Source of the DNA: Candidatus Doudnabacteria bacterium | Lineage (GTDB): Bacteria > Patescibacteriota > Doudnabacteria > UBA920 | NCBI GenBank assembly: GCA_963837465.1 | Contig: CAWINB010000001.1 | Coordinates: forward strand, 369,929-433,928 | Direction: 5' to 3' | Length of the DNA stretch: 64,000 nucleotides | In this document: piece after piece, positions 59,406 to 64,000 of the stretch | Layout of the letters: each line of letters begins with the position of its first letter | Numbering within the stretch: the stretch's first letter is position 1 | The notes under the pieces: generated by a model | What the model was told of the DNA's origin: nothing | The model's input: the letters and a program-made list of their open reading frames with translations, nothing else | The model's database searches: none | Program-made: the position numbers and the translations under genes

Positions 59406-60041
59406 CTAACTACCCAAATTTGTCTTTAAATTCCTGATTGCCGCGCTGGAGGTTACCGTGTAAGTGTTGGTGTCCTTTACCCCGGCTTTATTGTAAATCT
59501 GGAGCAGGACTTTAACAAACTTAACCTGGGTAACGTTGACCGGCTGGACGAGTGAGGCCTGGGTAGTGGAGCCGGTATAAGCGCCATCATAATAATAAAA
59601 TACCGGACTTAAACCGTTGGCCAGGTCTTTTTGCACCACGTAAGTTGTTTCCGTGGAAGTGTTGTAAGTGCTGCCGTTATAGCTGGTCAGGCCTTCCCAC
59701 AGCTGATTATTCTGAGTAAAGTACCTGATTCTTTCCACAGCCGGATTGTTATTGATGGTGGAGTAAAAAATAATCTGCTGGGCGGCCGCGGTGTCCAAAA
59801 CATAAGCGCCGTTGCTGCCGGTTTGGGCGTTGCGGAGCTGGCTGGTTATGTTAAAAGCCAGCGCTCTGGCCTGGTCGCTGTCGCTTAAAAGGCCGGCCTG
59901 CCGGTTGCCGTAAAAAAAGACACGGGCGACCAAGCCTATCATGCCCCAGGCAATAAGGCTGAAACCTAAAATCACCACCATGATTTCCACCAAAGTAAAT
60001 CCCGACTGTTTTTGATTCTTAATTCTGTATTCTATATTCAT
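59406..60041 (-). CDS. type IV pilin-like protein (minor pilin)
   Basis: QSGFTLVEIMVVILGFSLIAWG is a prepilin cleavage/methylation motif. Confidence 0.75.
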   Translation of the reverse strand: MNIEYRIKNQKQSGFTLVEIMVVILGFSLIAWGMIGLVARVFFYGNRQAGLLSDSDQARALAFNITSQLRNAQTGSNGAYVLDTAAAQQIIFYSTINNNPAVERIRYFTQNNQLWEGLTSYNGSTYNTSTETTYVVQKDLANGLSPVFYYYDGAYTGSTTQASLVQPVNVTQVKFVKVLLQIYNKAGVKDTNTYTVTSSAAIRNLKTNLGS

Positions 60042-60050
60042 AATTCTTAT

Positions 60051-61883
60051 TTATGGGCTCATTAACACCGTCAGCGGCGGCTGGTCGGCGCTAATGCTGA
60101 GCGGAATATTGCTCTGGGTTTGATAACCGGCCATGGAAACGGTAACGCTGTAATTATTGCCGGCGGTTAAGCCGGTAAAAATTACCTGGCCCGGGGTGAA
60201 GCAGCCGGTAACAAAATTGGCCGCCACCGAAGTTAACACCGGCGTTTTAGCCGGGTCTTGGCTTGACAAAAAAACCTTATAGCGAAAATAACGGTTGCTG
60301 TTTAAGCTTGGACCTATGTCCTGCCCAGGGGTAGTAAAATAAGTATTGGCGGTACCGTCGGGGCCGACGTAATTCCAGGTAGCATTGTCGTTATTGGCCG
60401 CCACCTGAAAGGCCAGGCTGGTGGAAGCGCTTTGTGAAGAAGGCAGCCAGGTCAAAATTGTATAATCAGTCTGGCCGGTTCCGGTATCAAAAGTGGAAGA
60501 TTCCAAAGTGCCGGTGGCCGTTACATAACTGCCGCCGACCTGGTTTAAAACCACGCTGCCGGGATTGGTAACGTTAACATTACCGTTGTCCTGGAAATAC
60601 TGGTTGGGGGTGGTGGTGCCGAACGAAGAAGCGCCGCTGCCGCCACTCCAGTCATTCTGGGTCCAAACGCTGCCGCCTGTAAAAAGCGTTTCCAAAGGAG
60701 CCAATCCCCGCGAAAGCGTTACCGAAGCGTTTTCCAAAGCTGTGCCGCTGGAAGCATCCTTAACTATGACCAATAAATTGTTCGGCGTGGGACTGGTGCC
60801 CAAGATTATTGTAAAGGTCTGGGCAGTAGCGGGCAAAACCGAAACTTGCTGGACAGGCGAAGTGCCGAACACCACCCACGGCTGGCCGGTCAGCAAAACC
60901 GGAGTGTAAGTATCCCACTCAATGTTGTTTAAATTAATAACGCCGCCGGACGAAGAAAAATTTTGGCTGTACTTATACAACCCGCTGCCCGGAGGCGTAG
61001 TAGTGGCCGCGCCGATAAGTTTTGAACCCGTGACATTAACATTTACTCCGCTTAAGGCATTGCAGGTGGAATCCAGAGTTTTAATATTCAAGTTAGCCAA
61101 CCGGTCGATGGAAAGCGTCAGCTGGGTTATGGTGCCGGTGGCTACGGTCGCGTCGGGATGGATGGGATTGGGATTTTGCGGGGTTATCGGGTAGGTCTGG
61201 TCGGTAGAATAACCAGGCTCCGTGGCCACAATACGGTAATCATTGACAGCGGCCGGCAGGCCGACTTCCGTAACCTGACCGCTGCCGTTGCTGGTATCGG
61301 GCAAATCGTAGGTATACGGGCTGGTGGTGGGATAGGTAATTGTCACCGAAGCTCCCTGCAGATACTGGCCCTGGGAATTAATCACGTTAACCTGCAGGGC
61401 GCCTGTATTCGGGTTGGTAATAAGTCCCTTGGGAGAGACTGTGGTTAAAAAATCAGTCACTTGCCCGGAAGAAGTATTTAAAATACTCATTTTTACCTGT
61501 TTGTAATCCGGCGTACCCGTGGCCGTATCAGCAGCGTCGTGCACATAGCTGACTTTGTAATAAATATCGTAGGTATAAGGCCCTATGGTCTGGCTGACGG
61601 CATTGGGCAAATCCGGCAATTGGCCGCTTGGATTGCCCTCCAAAGTGCCAACCTGGCTGTAGGGCATGTTGCGCGCAATTTCCAGATAATTGGTGGCTAG
61701 GCTGGAAAGGATAATTTTTTCCCGGGCCTTTTTCACCGATTGCCCAAGGACGGCAAAACTGGCCAGCATAGCCGTGGCCAAAAGGGCAAAAATAAACAGA
61801 GTGACCAGGAGTTCCATAAGGGTAAATCCTGAATGACTTTTGCCGGACTTTGGTTTAAAAAAATAGCTTAAAAATTTAGTCAT
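60051..61883 (-). CDS. large (610 aa) prepilin-type protein (PilV/PilY-like minor pilin or tip adhesin)
   Basis: HSGFTLMELLVTLFIFALLATAML is a prepilin motif. The long Thr/Ser/Gly-rich beta-type C-terminal region is consistent with a pilus-associated adhesin. Confidence 0.7.
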   Translation of the reverse strand: MTKFLSYFFKPKSGKSHSGFTLMELLVTLFIFALLATAMLASFAVLGQSVKKAREKIILSSLATNYLEIARNMPYSQVGTLEGNPSGQLPDLPNAVSQTIGPYTYDIYYKVSYVHDAADTATGTPDYKQVKMSILNTSSGQVTDFLTTVSPKGLITNPNTGALQVNVINSQGQYLQGASVTITYPTTSPYTYDLPDTSNGSGQVTEVGLPAAVNDYRIVATEPGYSTDQTYPITPQNPNPIHPDATVATGTITQLTLSIDRLANLNIKTLDSTCNALSGVNVNVTGSKLIGAATTTPPGSGLYKYSQNFSSSGGVINLNNIEWDTYTPVLLTGQPWVVFGTSPVQQVSVLPATAQTFTIILGTSPTPNNLLVIVKDASSGTALENASVTLSRGLAPLETLFTGGSVWTQNDWSGGSGASSFGTTTPNQYFQDNGNVNVTNPGSVVLNQVGGSYVTATGTLESSTFDTGTGQTDYTILTWLPSSQSASTSLAFQVAANNDNATWNYVGPDGTANTYFTTPGQDIGPSLNSNRYFRYKVFLSSQDPAKTPVLTSVAANFVTGCFTPGQVIFTGLTAGNNYSVTVSMAGYQTQSNIPLSISADQPPLTVLMSP

Positions 61884-62165
61884 TTTTGTTTCAAAGTTTC
61901 CAGATTTATTTTATTTATTATACCATTTTTAAGGAGAAAACAAAAATCGCGGGCCAAACTGCGCAAGGGCGCCCCTTTGCAGCAAAGGGGCGCCCTTGTG
62001 GATACTATTCCGCGCTTGATCGAGTACGAGGTATTTTTTGAGGATCTTTGGAGGCGTAGTCAGGCTACGACGGCAAAGACCGGAAGAAAATAACGAAGCA
62101 ATCGGACAAGCCTTTAGATTTTAAGCTTTTATTTAATACTTATGGCTAAAACGCGGAAGTCATAC

Positions 62166-62399
62166 TTAGTCGCAAACCTGGTTTTTATTTTCCTGCATGC
62201 ACAGCTCGGGACTATCCTGGCACTTGGCCAAATCCGGCGAGCAGGTGCCAACAGGCTGCCGAAGCGAAGACTTAATTACCGTTGGCTGGACCGGCTGCTG
62301 TTTTAGCTTTTGGTATTCAACCGTAATAAAAACCAGAGCCGCTATAACCATAAGGCCTAAAATTATAAAGATGATTTTGGTGGGAGTATGCAGGCGCAT
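62166..62399 (-). CDS. small membrane protein with a Cys-rich C-terminus (hypothetical)
   Basis: 77 aa with one TM (IIFIILGLMVIAALVFITV) and C-terminal CSPDLAKCQDSPELCMQENKNQVC. Confidence 0.35.
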   Translation of the reverse strand: MRLHTPTKIIFIILGLMVIAALVFITVEYQKLKQQPVQPTVIKSSLRQPVGTCSPDLAKCQDSPELCMQENKNQVCD

Positions 62400-62432
62400 A
62401 AATAAAAATTATTTTGATTCCGGAAGTGTTTA

Positions 62433-62593
62433 GAACCTGTTTGAAAAAATAATATGCGGGCGGAATTTAAGAATTTTGAGACAAAATATCAAAACAAATT
62501 TTGAGGTTTAACCTTAAGTTAAGCGGAGAAATTTTTTTGGGATTTTGGCCAAAATTCTTAAATCGCGGCCCGAAGTATATTTAAAACAGGTTC
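62433..62593. repeat. palindromic MITE/REP-like element, copy 2 (with a roughly 70-bp insertion in the central loop)
   Basis: It has the same ends and arms as 14274..14364 (GAACCTGTTTGAAAAAATAAT...GGAATTTAAGAATTTT ... AAAATTCTTAAATCGCGGCCCGAAGTAT...AAAACAGGTTC). Confidence 0.7.
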
Positions 62594-62719
62594 TAGGAAT
62601 TTACTTTGGTTTTATGGACAAAAGGGCTTTCTTTTGGTTGTTCTTGCGCGCGTTTGAAGATTATTACAATTGCTGAAAATATTACAATCCCTCAACGCGT
62701 TCACTATCTGTATCTGTCC

Positions 62720-62986
62720 CTATCCGTTCTTTAAAGGCACAAAAGGAGCGGTTGGTTCGTTGACTTCCACACCTTCCACTTTCGCGCCAACGGGACCCCG
62801 ATGGCACCATTCCACAAATTGGCTTAAGGCCTCTTCCGGGCCCTGGGCGTTTATAACCAGACTGCCGTCTTTGGTATTTTCCGCCAGGCCCAACAGCCCC
62901 AGCTCCACAAATTTATCATAAGCGGAAAACCGAAAACCCACTCCCTGTACCCGCCCTGTAATTTTTACGCTAATATGTTTAATCAT
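62720..62986 (-). CDS. acyP: acylphosphatase
   Basis: VKITGRVQGVGFRFSA is the acylphosphatase signature V.G.VQGV.FR. The protein is 88 aa. Confidence 0.85.
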   Translation of the reverse strand: MIKHISVKITGRVQGVGFRFSAYDKFVELGLLGLAENTKDGSLVINAQGPEEALSQFVEWCHRGPVGAKVEGVEVNEPTAPFVPLKNG

Positions 62987-63008
62987 AAAAAATCGTCCCT
63001 GAACCTGG

Positions 63009-63063
63009 CTGAGAGGCTGTTTGAAATCGCGGCGGAAACGGATCTTTCCGGACAGCCTCTGAG
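63009..63063. repeat. palindromic element of the same AAATCGCGGC-core family (related copy at 12191..12264)
   Basis: ctgagaggctgtttgaaatcgcggcggaaacggatctttccggacagcctctgag has terminal inverted repeats. Copy 12191..12264 reads ctgtccggaaagccgctttcgtcgcgaaattctaaaatcgcggcagaaatggatcttttcagacagcctctgag. Confidence 0.6.
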
Positions 63064-63077
63064 TTACAAATAAGCCT

Positions 63078-63503
63078 TTAATGCTGGAACGAGGACAGGA
63101 ATTTTATCCAATCCTTGGGCAGATGGTTTTGGGTCGCGCCCAAAATTACACGGTTTAAATACTCGCCTTTAATATAGTCGCCGTCAAACAGGTCGCTGTT
63201 TTCTATGTAAACCCAAGCCTCAAAACTGTCGCCGTTCTCGTCTTCCACCTGGACTTTGGCCCGATTAAAAACTTCCGGGTAACCCTCAAATTCGTCCAGG
63301 GTATCAAGACAGCGCTGGTCTAACTCATACAACACTCCCAGCACCCGGCTGCGGTCTTTTGGGCGAATGTTGGCATAACCCCGTCCATCGGCGCCGAACT
63401 CAAAATCGCGCAGATTGGCCACGCCCAGCAAAGTAAAATGCCAGCCGCACAGCCTGCGCATATGCTCCATATTCATGTTGGATCCGTAGGCGAAATAGTA
63501 CAT
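63078..63503 (-). CDS. gamma-glutamyl cyclotransferase-like (AIG2/GGACT family) protein
   Basis: YYFAYGSNMNMEHM...GYANIRPKDRSRVLGVLYEL gives the YGSNM and GVLYEL family motifs. Confidence 0.75.
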   Translation of the reverse strand: MYYFAYGSNMNMEHMRRLCGWHFTLLGVANLRDFEFGADGRGYANIRPKDRSRVLGVLYELDQRCLDTLDEFEGYPEVFNRAKVQVEDENGDSFEAWVYIENSDLFDGDYIKGEYLNRVILGATQNHLPKDWIKFLSSFQH

Positions 63504-63549
63504 AGCAAAATTATCTTACAACAATAAAGTTGCCGGCGCAAGAGAAAAT

Positions 63550-64000
63550 TTAAGCCGTTTTTTTGATGTGGGACAGCGCGTACCCGAGCGAAGCGTTGAC
63601 TTTTTTGCCCGGATTAAAAATATTTCGCGGGTCAAAAATTTCCTTGGTCCGCTGAAACAAAGCCATAATTTCCGGTCCGTACATTTTTGCCAAATAAGGA
63701 CTGCGGATAAGCCCGTCATTATGCTCGGCTGTAATGGATCCGTTATATTTAAGCACCAAATCGTAAACCCGGTCAGCCAGCTTGGGTATGATGTCCCTCT
63801 GATCCGCCTTGGTTAAATCCATAAGCGGAATAATGTGGAAATTGGCGTCCCCGGCATGCCCGGCAATTGTATAAATTAAAGACGGGTATTGGTTTAAAAT
63901 GGCGTTCAGTTCCGGCAAAAATTGCGGCAGCTGGGCGGGATGGACCACGATGTCGTCTATAAAAGGCGCGGTGGAAAGTCCGTGGGTGTGCTGCCTCAGC
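63550..64000 (-). CDS. FAD-linked oxidase (GlcD / D-lactate dehydrogenase-like), C-terminal part. The gene continues beyond the window end.
   Basis: GSITAEHNDGLIRSPYLAKMYGPEIMALFQRTKEIFDPRNIFNPGK matches the C-terminus of FAD-linked oxidases. The reverse-strand reading frame is still open at position 64000. Confidence 0.7.
   Translation of the reverse strand, partial: LRQHTHGLSTAPFIDDIVVHPAQLPQFLPELNAILNQYPSLIYTIAGHAGDANFHIIPLMDLTKADQRDIIPKLADRVYDLVLKYNGSITAEHNDGLIRSPYLAKMYGPEIMALFQRTKEIFDPRNIFNPGKKVNASLGYALSHIKKTA

Overview
This 64-kb window looks like a fragment of a small-genome, CPR/Patescibacteria-like bacterium. That placement is an inference from the weak Shine-Dalgarno sites, the pilus-rich content, the giant surface proteins and the sparse metabolism. 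Compact core genes sit at both ends: an MBL hydrolase, a pgl-like gene, an aspA/fumC-family lyase, argH, an amidohydrolase, an NRAMP-like transporter, infC-rpmI-rplT, acylphosphatase, a GGCT-like gene and a FAD-oxidase fragment. A two-part type IV pilus system is present. One locus has pilB, pilC, a standalone REC regulator, four to five pilin-like genes and a divergent pilA. The second locus encodes PilX-like and large minor pilins. An IS1595-like insertion sequence with an N-terminal zinc-ribbon transposase lies at 1475..2710. The centre of the window (about 21..55 kb) is an accessory surface-protein region. It holds one roughly 18.7-kb gene for a roughly 6,200-aa type-II membrane protein with a cytoplasmic excisionase-type HTH, a single TM and a huge extracellular region. 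That region carries collagen-like triplets, tail-fibre-like motifs and 16 or more YVTN beta-propeller blades, and is now split by at least four single-base frameshifts in a duplicated segment. A second 2,256-aa TM-anchored protein has three perfect 447-bp tandem repeats of DUF5011-type Ig domains and a C-terminal LysM. Between the two giant genes lies an island encoding a frameshifted disordered protein, a truncated double-AAA+ Clp-like ATPase, a small ORF bracketed by duplicated intergenic spacers, a soluble VirD4/TraG-like ATPase and a DsbA-like oxidoreductase. Several small repeat families are also present. One is a MITE/REP-like palindromic family sharing the core AAATCGCGGC. Another is a 23-bp perfect palindrome found twice. 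A third is a 23S-IVS-like inverted-repeat cassette carrying a four-helix-bundle gene inside the minor-pilin operon. Several CDS are split at homopolymer runs, so sequencing or assembly error and real pseudogenisation cannot be told apart from the sequence alone. No rRNA, tRNA or CRISPR array was recognised.
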